From: Paludibacteraceae bacterium
GTDB lineage: Bacteria; Bacteroidota; Bacteroidia; Bacteroidales; Paludibacteraceae
Assembly (NCBI GenBank): GCA_045601825.1
Contig: JAZSAI010000033.1
Location: forward strand, 57,946 to 121,945
Reading direction: 5' to 3'
Length of the DNA: 64,000 bases
Within the stretch, counting starts at the first letter, position 1; the number at the start of each line of letters is the position of its first letter. Position numbers and translations under genes: made by a program. The notes under the pieces were generated by a model that worked only from the letters and a program-made list of their open reading frames with translations, was not told the DNA's origin and did no database searches. Shown here one piece after another: positions 52,145-59,954 of the stretch.

Positions 52145-53479
52145 ATGAAATCACAGTCACTTAATTATCAAATATTGCGCCTTGCTATTCCAAGCATTTT
52201 AGCAAACATTACTATTCCGTTGGTTGGATTGGTGGATACGGCTATTGTAGGTCATATCTCCAATGCTACTGCTATTGGTGGTATTGCTATTGGCACTATG
52301 CTCTTCGATTTGCTCTACTGGAACTTCGGTTTTCTGCGTGTAGGTACTAGCGGTATAACGGCCCAAGCTTATGGTCGTGGAGATCGGGTGGAGTGTTCGC
52401 GAATCTTCAGTCAAAGTATCGGAATAGCATTGATTGGAGCTGTATTGATTTGGCTGATCCAGTGGCTATTTGTGAATGTGGTGTTGATGTTGGTCCCCTG
52501 TTCTCCTGAGGTAGCTAGTTTTGCCCGTGAATACTTCTTTATCCGTATTTGGGCTGCTCCAGCCACCTTGTCGCTGATGGCTTTCAAGGGGTGGTTTATC
52601 GGCATGCAAGATACGGTCAGTCCGATGATTACAGATATAGCTGTCAATGTGGTGAATATGGTGGTTAGTTATGTGCTGGCAGTCTATACGCCAATGGGCG
52701 CATTGGGTGTGGCATTAGGTACGGTGATAGCACAATTTACAGGTTTAACAATAGCTGCGATGATACTAGTAGCGAAATATCGCCATCTTTGGAAGGGGCT
52801 ATCGCCTTGGCGTTTGGCATTTGATGGGAAGGGCATGCGTCGCCTGCTTTCGCTCAATGGTAATATATTTATCCGTTCATTATGCTTTATGGTCGTCTAT
52901 GTAGGTTTCACTTCGTTGGCAGCTAAATATGGTGATGTAGAATTGGCAGTCAGCACCATCATGATGAAACTCTTTATGCTCTTCTCTTATTTCGTAGATG
53001 GTTTTGCCTATGCAGGTGAAGCGTTGGTGGGAAAATATGTGGGTTTGGGTCAGGAGTCAGGAACCAAGAACCAAGATAAATCAGATATATCTCGTGTTGT
53101 TCGTTTGTTATTTGTCTGGTCTTTAGGAGTAGGTGTGATCTTTACATTGATTTTTGCCCTTTGGTCGGGAGAATTTTATCGTGCCATGACTTCTGATTCC
53201 ATTGTTTTGGGACGGTTAGCCGATTACACTGGTTGGTTGATTGCTATGCCAATTGTATCTACCTTGGCATTTATGTGGGATGGTATTTATACGGGTGCAA
53301 CAGCAGGCAAACAGATTCGCAATGGCATGATTTACGCTGCAGTTAGTTTTGTGGTTTGTTATTTGTTAACCTATCATTGGTTAGGAATTCAGGGATTATA
53401 TGTTGCTTACTTTGCCCACTTAGCGGCGCGGGTGTTATACCTTACTTTTGCGTGGAAGACAGTACGAAAAGCGATATGA
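52145..53479 (+). CDS. MATE-family efflux transporter (DinF-like)
   Basis: ILRLAIPSILANITIPLVGLVDTAIVGH N-terminus and 12 TM. The ATG at 52145 lies only 5 nt after a TAnnTTTG box. Confidence 0.85.
   Translation: MKSQSLNYQILRLAIPSILANITIPLVGLVDTAIVGHISNATAIGGIAIGTMLFDLLYWNFGFLRVGTSGITAQAYGRGDRVECSRIFSQSIGIALIGAVLIWLIQWLFVNVVLMLVPCSPEVASFAREYFFIRIWAAPATLSLMAFKGWFIGMQDTVSPMITDIAVNVVNMVVSYVLAVYTPMGALGVALGTVIAQFTGLTIAAMILVAKYRHLWKGLSPWRLAFDGKGMRRLLSLNGNIFIRSLCFMVVYVGFTSLAAKYGDVELAVSTIMMKLFMLFSYFVDGFAYAGEALVGKYVGLGQESGTKNQDKSDISRVVRLLFVWSLGVGVIFTLIFALWSGEFYRAMTSDSIVLGRLADYTGWLIAMPIVSTLAFMWDGIYTGATAGKQIRNGMIYAAVSFVVCYLLTYHWLGIQGLYVAYFAHLAARVLYLTFAWKTVRKAI
53048..53089. repeat. Six in-frame heptamers inside the MATE CDS
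   Basis: ggtcagg agtcagg aaccaag aaccaag ataaatc agatata, 42 nt, encoding GQESGTKNQDKSDI. Confidence 0.8.
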
Positions 53480-53511
53480 GATACCTATAAAACTAATTAG
53501 AAATAATAAAT

Positions 53512-53534
53512 GGACTGCAATTTGCGGTCCTTTT
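53512..53534 (+). terminator. Intrinsic terminator after the MATE gene
   Basis: GGACTGCA-att-TGCGGTCC (one G-T pair) followed by TTTTATTATTT. Confidence 0.65.
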
Positions 53535-53615
53535 ATTATTTCTAGCAACTTCTTGCTCGAGTACGATTTAATAATTTTTTAATATTTTCTTAATACCTAT
53601 ATAATGATATGGCAG

Positions 53616-53623
53616 TACTTTTG
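53616..53623 (+). promoter_or_regulatory. -7 box upstream of the Na/Pi transporter gene (implies a ~190-nt leader)
   Basis: TACTTTTG. The leader contains the word/hairpin array 53646-53782. Confidence 0.5.
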
Positions 53624-53645
53624 CACAGGATTTGAGATAAAGAAG

Positions 53646-53782
53646 TTAGATCGCTGCGCTTGTAGATGGTAGATCGCCACTGAAGTGGCTGTAGATCGGG
53701 CTAAAAGCCCTGTAGATGGTAGAATGCAGCGTTATGCTACACAATCCTACACGTACGCAAAGCGATCGTTTGAGCGCTAGCG
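53646..53782. repeat. Word + mini-hairpin array (word GTAGATCG/GTAGATGG) in the leader of the Na/Pi transporter gene
   Basis: Hairpins GCTGCGC, CCAC-TGAA-GTGG, GGGC-TAAAA-GCCC, CGC-AAA-GCG and the palindrome CGCTAGCG. The words are the reverse complement of the GATCTACA words at 32852-32916. Confidence 0.9.
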
Positions 53783-53819
53783 AAATAAGAATACTATACA
53801 AAACAATTATAATACATTT

Positions 53820-55544
53820 ATGGGAATTTTACAGATCTTTACGCTCCTTGGAGCACTCGGAATGTTCCTCTACGGAATGAACCTAATGTCATCGGGCTTG
53901 CAAAAAGCTGCAGGTGATAAACTACGCGGATTCTTGTCTGCCATGACATCTAATCCGTTCAAAGGTGTACTTACAGGACTGGGCATCACCTCCATCATCC
54001 AATCTTCTTCTGCCACAACGGTGATGGTGGTGAGCTTTGTCAATGCAGGACTGCTGACCCTCACGCAAGCAATAGGCGTGATTATGGGTGCGAATATCGG
54101 TACGACCGTTACCGCATGGATGGTGGCGTGGCTCGGATTCAAAGCCGACATCTCTATTCTGGCTATTCCATTGATGCTGTTCGGTTTCTTGTTCTCTAAC
54201 TCGAAGAAGAACAAACATCAAAACATTGGCGAACTCATCGTGGGCTTCTCGCTGTTGTTCCTCGGTTTGTCGTTCATGAAAGAGTCAGTGCCAGATTTGC
54301 GCGAGACACCACAAGTGCTTGAGTTCGTGCGCAACTGGTCAAGTTATGGCTTTGGTTCGGTACTGCTATTCTTAGCGTTTGGTACAATATTGACATTGGT
54401 GCTGCAATCTTCTTCTGCCACTATGGCAATCACACTCATCATGCTGAGCATGGGGTGGATACCTTTCCACATGGCGTGTGCGATGGTGTTGGGTGAGAAC
54501 ATCGGTACAACAATCACCGCGAATATCGCAGCAGCAGTGGGCAATACGCAAGCTAAGCGTGCCGCGATGTCGCACACGATTTTCAATGTGTTTGGTGTGA
54601 TTTGGGCATTGATTCTGTTTAAGCCATTTACAGCGTTGGTGGGTAAGGTCATCGAACTCTTTGGTTTACCTAACCCAGCAGCAGAGGGTTTTGCAGTAGT
54701 GGAAGGCGATATGGGTAGCAGTACGGCGGCGTTGTACGGATTGAGTATGTTGCACACGATGTTCAATACCATTAACACCTTACTTCTCGTATGGTTTATC
54801 AAGTACATAGAGAAAGCGGTGGTATGGATTATCAAGCCAAAGAACCAAGAAGCAGAACCATTCCGCCTCAAATATATCTCTGCGGGACCATTGGCTACAC
54901 CAGAACTCGCTGCTGCACAAGCGTTTGACGAGATTGTACACTTTGCAGAGATCTCTCGCAATGGTTTGGGCTATGCCAAGCAAGCGATTGCAGCCGATGC
55001 AAAGCATTTTGATGAGCTGCGCGAGAAACTGGTGAAGTACGAGGAGATTTCTGACCGTATCGAATATGAGATTGCTGCCTTCCTCAACGGTGTGTCCGCA
55101 GGCGACATCAGTGAGGCAACGCGTGTGAAAATCAAGGCAATGTATAAGATTATCGGTGAGTTGGAGTCGCTGGGTGATTCGGGCGAGGCGATTAGTCGTA
55201 TGCTTAGCCGCAGGAATGAGCACAAGAAGAGTTTTGATACAGCGACTATCGAGAAGATTAACATGATGATAGCAAAAGTGGATAGCGCGTATGAGGTGAT
55301 GATTGCCAATCTGATTGCTGCGCACGAGGGTACGCTGACCAGCATTGCGAATGCGTATGATGCAGAGGAACAGATCAATGCGCTGCGCAACGAGCTGCGC
55401 GAGGCTGAGATTGAGGCGTTGGATAACAACGACAAGAACTACCAAACGAGCGTGTATTACATCGACATTATCAACGAGCTTGAGCACATGGGCGACTTCA
55501 TGATTAACATCTCGCAAAGCTTGGAGAGAGCGTTTGTACATTAA
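53820..55544 (+). CDS. Na+/phosphate cotransporter family protein with PhoU-like C-terminal domain
   Basis: Duplicated GANIGTT / GENIGTT motifs and QSSSATT repeats, followed by a helical PhoU-like tail. Confidence 0.88.
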   Translation: MGILQIFTLLGALGMFLYGMNLMSSGLQKAAGDKLRGFLSAMTSNPFKGVLTGLGITSIIQSSSATTVMVVSFVNAGLLTLTQAIGVIMGANIGTTVTAWMVAWLGFKADISILAIPLMLFGFLFSNSKKNKHQNIGELIVGFSLLFLGLSFMKESVPDLRETPQVLEFVRNWSSYGFGSVLLFLAFGTILTLVLQSSSATMAITLIMLSMGWIPFHMACAMVLGENIGTTITANIAAAVGNTQAKRAAMSHTIFNVFGVIWALILFKPFTALVGKVIELFGLPNPAAEGFAVVEGDMGSSTAALYGLSMLHTMFNTINTLLLVWFIKYIEKAVVWIIKPKNQEAEPFRLKYISAGPLATPELAAAQAFDEIVHFAEISRNGLGYAKQAIAADAKHFDELREKLVKYEEISDRIEYEIAAFLNGVSAGDISEATRVKIKAMYKIIGELESLGDSGEAISRMLSRRNEHKKSFDTATIEKINMMIAKVDSAYEVMIANLIAAHEGTLTSIANAYDAEEQINALRNELREAEIEALDNNDKNYQTSVYYIDIINELEHMGDFMINISQSLERAFVH

Positions 55545-55545
55545 T

Positions 55546-55686
55546 GTTTAGTGGACGCTCGCGTTCGGCAATTGAAGCGCACAGAACTCGCTTGGCGAGT
55601 TGAAAGCGCTCAATGCCTCCGCTCTCCCCACTCGCTCACGAGGCTCGTGGGGCCCCCGATTGATGGCTATTGTTTAGTGTTTAGAG
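55546..55686. repeat. Expanded GTTTAG-flanked element with a GC-rich nested-hairpin core
   Basis: GTTTAGTG at 55546 and GTTTAGTGTTTAGAG at 55672 flank AGCGC-[AACTCGC-TTG-GCGAGTT]-GCGCT (55576-55610) and CACGA-GGC-TCGTG (55637-55649). Confidence 0.8.
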
Positions 55687-55687
55687 A

Positions 55688-55720
55688 AACAATGCACAAG
55701 CATGGGGCTTGTGCATTGTT
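55688..55720. terminator. Strong bidirectional hairpin between the convergent Na/Pi transporter and C45 hydrolase genes
   Basis: AACAATGCACAAGC-atggg-GCTTGTGCATTGTT (14-bp stem). Confidence 0.8.
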
Positions 55721-55749
55721 ATTGTATGAGATATTTCACTCTCTCTGTA

Positions 55750-56793
55750 TTACAATTCGATGGTGTAAGGCGTTGAGAAGTTTGCATTGAAATAATACGT
55801 TGCTTTGCGCTGAGAAGGGTGAAAGAGTACTGACCAACGTGTCCAACCGTCAAATGCGACATCTTGTATGCTGTTTAATAATGACTTGCTATTTGGTGCT
55901 GCAAGCAATTGCTCAAGGCGCTGATGTGAATTAGAGATAGCAGGTTGCAGAGTAGTGTCGGTGGGGTGGGCATTGCACGTCAAACGGTGGTTGGTACATG
56001 CCATAGATTCTTTTACTACCAATTGATTATCAACGTATTCTACTACCGCGTATTTGCCTGTAGTATCGCACAAAGCAAAGTGGTGTGCTACGTTCATAGA
56101 GGCATGCATATCGTATTGTTGCAGCAATGCAATGGCTTCATCTACGTTAGCGGCATAGTCCAACATCAGTCGAATGGCAGCCACAGTAGTGATAGGTGTC
56201 TTACCTGTGTTTTGATGTGCTGCTTCGCCATCTATCTCAATCAGATCGGCTACGCATAGTCCACACTCGTTCATGCCGTCAAGTGGCACATAGATTGCTG
56301 CTATAGCAGGCATACGCATGACGATATTGTCCGCAGGTTGCCATGTGTCGCCGTAGCCTAAGAAGAGGATACTATTGGTGGCAATGGAAGCATAACCATC
56401 TTTAGGATAGGTACGTGTAATCATTGTTTGCCCATGATGCTCGTAATCGAAATTGCGTCCCATGCAAATGCTTGATTCTGTTTTGCGTATCAATGATGAG
56501 CAGCCAAAAGGTTCTTGCTCAGGTGCTTCAGCTTGGGCAGTAGGAATGATACCATGTGTGAGAAATTGACCGATATACACAGCCATGGCCGAGTCGGTAG
56601 TAGCACCGCCAGACGCAAGGAAGTCGGCAAAACCATAATCTCCTTCGTAGGTCATGGTATATACATTGGGAGCAACTTGCTCAATAGACTTAACCGCTTT
56701 GACTTGAGGAGCAAAAATATACATGAAGTAGGTGCCAAAAGTAGCAGCACCAATCATCAGTAGGATAAAGAATATTCGTAGTATCTTTTTCAT
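55750..56793 (-). CDS. Ntn-hydrolase, peptidase C45 / choloylglycine-hydrolase-like (acyltransferase/amidase) with N-terminal membrane anchor and propeptide
   Basis: TM anchor, then EPFG|CSSL at Cys98 followed by MGRNFDYE. This resembles the Gly-Cys autoprocessing site and R-N-x-D motif of C45/CGH enzymes. Confidence 0.6.
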   Translation of the reverse strand: MKKILRIFFILLMIGAATFGTYFMYIFAPQVKAVKSIEQVAPNVYTMTYEGDYGFADFLASGGATTDSAMAVYIGQFLTHGIIPTAQAEAPEQEPFGCSSLIRKTESSICMGRNFDYEHHGQTMITRTYPKDGYASIATNSILFLGYGDTWQPADNIVMRMPAIAAIYVPLDGMNECGLCVADLIEIDGEAAHQNTGKTPITTVAAIRLMLDYAANVDEAIALLQQYDMHASMNVAHHFALCDTTGKYAVVEYVDNQLVVKESMACTNHRLTCNAHPTDTTLQPAISNSHQRLEQLLAAPNSKSLLNSIQDVAFDGWTRWSVLFHPSQRKATYYFNANFSTPYTIEL

Positions 56794-56804
56794 CGTTTAA
56801 TGTG

Positions 56805-57971
56805 TTAGTAGCATGCTTTGAGGATAGCCAGAATATCTTCGGCGTTGAGTTGTTTGTAGCCGCCGCCGAGGGCAGTGGAGTTGGCAATGAGCGGTAGCAT
56901 TTCTTCGGTTGCACCCACTTCGCGGAGGGTAGCAGGAATGCCTAATTCAGCGATAAATGCTTCGAGGCGATTGATACCCTCTAATGCAATCGCTTCGTCG
57001 CCCTGACCGTGGTCTTCTACGCCCCAGATATGCTTGGCATAGCGCACAAAACGGTGCAAGCCGTCGCGGTAGATATAGCGATAGTAGGCAGGCGAGATGA
57101 TAGCCAGACCAATGCCATGTGCGCAGTCGGTATAGGCACCCAATTGGTGCTCAATCATGTGCACTTCCCAGTCTTGCGTCTTGCTCAGTCCGAGTATTTT
57201 GTTGAGTCCCATAGTGGCGCACCACATGATATTGCTGCGTGCCTCGTAATCTTCTTGATTGACAATAGCTTTGCGCGATGCAGAGATAAGCGAGAGCATC
57301 AGTCCTTCGATGAGGTAGTCGCTGGTGCAGTCGTCATCGCCAGAGAAATACTGTTCCATTAGGTGGGAGAAGATGTCGAAGATACCGCTAATCATCTGAT
57401 ATTTAGGCACGGAGTAGGTGTATTCGGGGTTGAGGATAGAGAAACGTGGAGTGACCAATGCCAATGGATAGACACGACCAATCTTCAGATTCTCTGCCTC
57501 GTTGGTGATGACTGAGCCAGAGTTCATTTCGCTGCCAGTGCCTGCCATCGTGAGGATACTACCTACAGGTATGACGCGGTTGGTCACGGGTTCTTGATTG
57601 ACGTAGTAGCGTTGCCATACATCGCCTTCGGCGTAGGCAGCACAAGCGATACCTTTGGCGCAGTCGATGACCGAACCGCCACCCACAGCGAGGATAAGGT
57701 CGATATTGTGCTCACGCACGAGACGTGCACCTTCGAGCAACTGGGTATAACGAGGATTGGCATTGATGCCTGCTAGTTCCACGACATGCTTGCCTTCGGC
57801 TTGCAGGATATTGATGACTTGGTCGTAGAGACCTATTTTCTTGATAGCAGCTTTGCCGTAAACGAGTAGGATGTTATTGCCGTACTCACGGAGTTCGCCA
57901 GCAAGCTTGTTGATGGCTTTCTTGCCAAAGTGAATCCGCGTAGGATTCTGATAGGTGAAGTCGTATAACAT
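56805..57971 (-). CDS. Iron-containing (group III) alcohol dehydrogenase, butanol-dehydrogenase-like
   Basis: LAVGGGSVIDCAKG, plus the metal-site histidines of the Fe-ADH family (...HMIEHQLGAYTDCAHG...). Confidence 0.88.
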   Translation of the reverse strand: MLYDFTYQNPTRIHFGKKAINKLAGELREYGNNILLVYGKAAIKKIGLYDQVINILQAEGKHVVELAGINANPRYTQLLEGARLVREHNIDLILAVGGGSVIDCAKGIACAAYAEGDVWQRYYVNQEPVTNRVIPVGSILTMAGTGSEMNSGSVITNEAENLKIGRVYPLALVTPRFSILNPEYTYSVPKYQMISGIFDIFSHLMEQYFSGDDDCTSDYLIEGLMLSLISASRKAIVNQEDYEARSNIMWCATMGLNKILGLSKTQDWEVHMIEHQLGAYTDCAHGIGLAIISPAYYRYIYRDGLHRFVRYAKHIWGVEDHGQGDEAIALEGINRLEAFIAELGIPATLREVGATEEMLPLIANSTALGGGYKQLNAEDILAILKACY

Positions 57972-58026
57972 GTTTTGTGTTTAGTTTAAAGTTTATAGTT
58001 TTAAGGGAGGGAGGCGGTTGTGCCGC
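57972..58026. repeat. Five phased heptamers (minus strand CTNTAAA-like) plus a GCGG-TTGTG-CCGC hairpin, between the GNAT stop and the ADH start
   Basis: Plus strand reads gttttgt gtttagt ttaaagt ttatagt tttaagg. The ADH ATG abuts the array. Confidence 0.8.
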
Positions 58027-58034
58027 TTATCACC

Positions 58035-58520
58035 TTATATTCTCTGATACGCAATTCTGGGGGAATGATCTCGTGTGTAGATGATACCACAATGCGTGAA
58101 ATGGTTTTGCTCGATGAGGTGAAGCATGCGGGTGTTGGCTTGGTGGGTGTCAATGCGGATGTTGCTACATTGTGCTGAGCACCAGTCGAGTACGGTACGG
58201 AAAATTCCTCGTAGCTGCCCATTAGAGGCGATGCGATGAATGGTGCCGTAGGGTAGCGTGTCGTCTAACCATTGACCGTCCTCAATATATTGATAAGTAG
58301 GGTCTGCTCCTATGATAAAAACGAAAGTAGCACAGGGCACTCCTTCGTGCACAATGACATAACTCACGCCGCGTTGGATGTCGTTCTCCAACTGCTCGCG
58401 GGTAGGGTAACCATCGCCCCATTGCGTAGGATTGCCATCAGCAGCCATCTGCGCACGAGCATAAGCGAAGATTGCTGTAAGAGCGTCAAGGTCGGCGTAT
58501 GTCGTAGGTCGGATGGTCAT
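58035..58520 (-). CDS. GNAT-family N-acetyltransferase (paralog of 20301..20789)
   Basis: 161 aa, collinear with the other copy (TTYAD.DAL.AIFA.AR.QMA.DGNPTQWGDGYP...YGTIHRIASNG...IRIDTH). Confidence 0.8.
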   Translation of the reverse strand: MTIRPTTYADLDALTAIFAYARAQMAADGNPTQWGDGYPTREQLENDIQRGVSYVIVHEGVPCATFVFIIGADPTYQYIEDGQWLDDTLPYGTIHRIASNGQLRGIFRTVLDWCSAQCSNIRIDTHQANTRMLHLIEQNHFTHCGIIYTRDHSPRIAYQRI

Positions 58521-58523
58521 AGA

Positions 58524-58543
58524 TTTTTTTTTTTGGGGGGGGG
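58524..58543. repeat. Back-to-back homopolymers T11 G9 (C9 A11 on the coding strand)
   Basis: agaTTTTTTTTTTTGGGGGGGGGagg. Occupies most of the 33-nt spacer between the TolC-like stop and the GNAT start. Confidence 0.95.
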
Positions 58544-58553
58544 AGGAATGCAG

Positions 58554-59954
58554 TTACTCCGTCCAACCACCACCGAGAGATTTGTAGAGCGTAATCATGG
58601 CAATGTACTCATCTCGGATGGCATTGGAGAGATCAATCTCTGCATTCAAATAACTACGTTGTGCGTCTAGGACATCCATATAACTGATATGGCCATTGAT
58701 GTGCTGGAAGTTAGCTAATTCTACATACTTCAGTGCTGCATCGTGCAAGTTCTGCATGAGCACCACTTTCTCACTAGCAGATGAATACCCCACCACAGCA
58801 TTATTCACTTCTTGGAAACACTGTAGTACTTTTTTCTCATACTGATAGCGTTGAGCATCGTATGCCTTAACGGCTGCGTTGTAGCGAGCTTTGCGTTTGC
58901 CAAAAGAGAAGATAGGTGAGGTTAGTTCACCAATCATATATGTCCATGGAGCAGCTAAGAACCCTCTAAAAGCATCGTTCTCCAAACCACCTTGTAGGTT
59001 TATCGTAAAGCGTGGAAATCTATCTGCCCACGCTATTCCCGCACGAGCCATTGCTGCTTTGAGATTTTGTTCTTCAGCACGCATGTCGGGTCGGCGTTTG
59101 AGCAGATCGGATGGGAAACCGACAGCCAATTCTACTTGATTCTTTTGATAGGTACGTATATCAGATCGTTCAATAGCCATAGGCATTTGTCCTGTGAGTA
59201 AGGCAATATGGTTCTCCTTGCTCTCAATCTTGCGTTGTAGATCAGGAATAAGGGCGGCAGTACTAGCATACTCTACCTCTGCCTGTTGGTAAGGTATTTC
59301 GGAGGTGAGTCCTCCTTCAAAACGCAGCTTGGCTTTGTCGCGGTCTTCCTTACGTGTTTCTACTGTGCGCGTGATGATACGTAGCTCATTGTCGAGTGCC
59401 ATCAGTTCCACATATGCAGTTACTACTTCTGCCACCAATGTCATCTGCAAAGCGCGTTGGCCTTCTACACTTGCCAAGTATTTGGCCAGGGCTTCGCGAT
59501 TGGCCCAACGTACTCTACCGAAGAAATCTACCTCCCAAGAGAGCGTTCCTACGGCAGCTACCTCAAGGTCGTTGGCAGGGGTAGAATTGGTATGACGGGT
59601 GGTTTCGTAGTCTATATGCGCTTCCGCATTCAGCGATGGGAAGAAATCAGCTTTGGCCACGCGATGAAGTTTCTCTAACTCCTGCATGCGTGCGGCTGCG
59701 GCAAGCAGGTCTTTGTTGTAAGTCAGTGTTTGTTGTACCAATGACTGCAAAAGGGTATCAGCAAATATTTCTGACCAATGCAAGTCTGCCAGCGACATTG
59801 AGTCTGATGCGATAGTATCAATAATCTGCTCTGGTAAGGTGACTTGAGGATCTACGCAATGCTTACGCAAGGAGCAACTTGCCATACTGAATACTACAAG
59901 AATAGATAGAATGACATAGCGGCTTGCTGTGTGATATAGTGTGGTAGGTCTCAT
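58554..59954 (-). CDS. Efflux outer-membrane factor lipoprotein (TolC/NodT family)
   Basis: Lipobox ...VFSMASC. Two coiled TolC repeats. C-terminal ...LYKSLGGGW. Overlaps the RND pump stop (ATGA). Confidence 0.88.
   Translation of the reverse strand: MRPTTLYHTASRYVILSILVVFSMASCSLRKHCVDPQVTLPEQIIDTIASDSMSLADLHWSEIFADTLLQSLVQQTLTYNKDLLAAAARMQELEKLHRVAKADFFPSLNAEAHIDYETTRHTNSTPANDLEVAAVGTLSWEVDFFGRVRWANREALAKYLASVEGQRALQMTLVAEVVTAYVELMALDNELRIITRTVETRKEDRDKAKLRFEGGLTSEIPYQQAEVEYASTAALIPDLQRKIESKENHIALLTGQMPMAIERSDIRTYQKNQVELAVGFPSDLLKRRPDMRAEEQNLKAAMARAGIAWADRFPRFTINLQGGLENDAFRGFLAAPWTYMIGELTSPIFSFGKRKARYNAAVKAYDAQRYQYEKKVLQCFQEVNNAVVGYSSASEKVVLMQNLHDAALKYVELANFQHINGHISYMDVLDAQRSYLNAEIDLSNAIRDEYIAMITLYKSLGGGWTE

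Noticed and set aside
55551-55790. 79-aa ORF downstream of the Na/Pi transporter gene.
   Set aside because: It runs through the GC-rich nested-hairpin element and the bidirectional terminator, starts at a GTG and has no coding-like composition.
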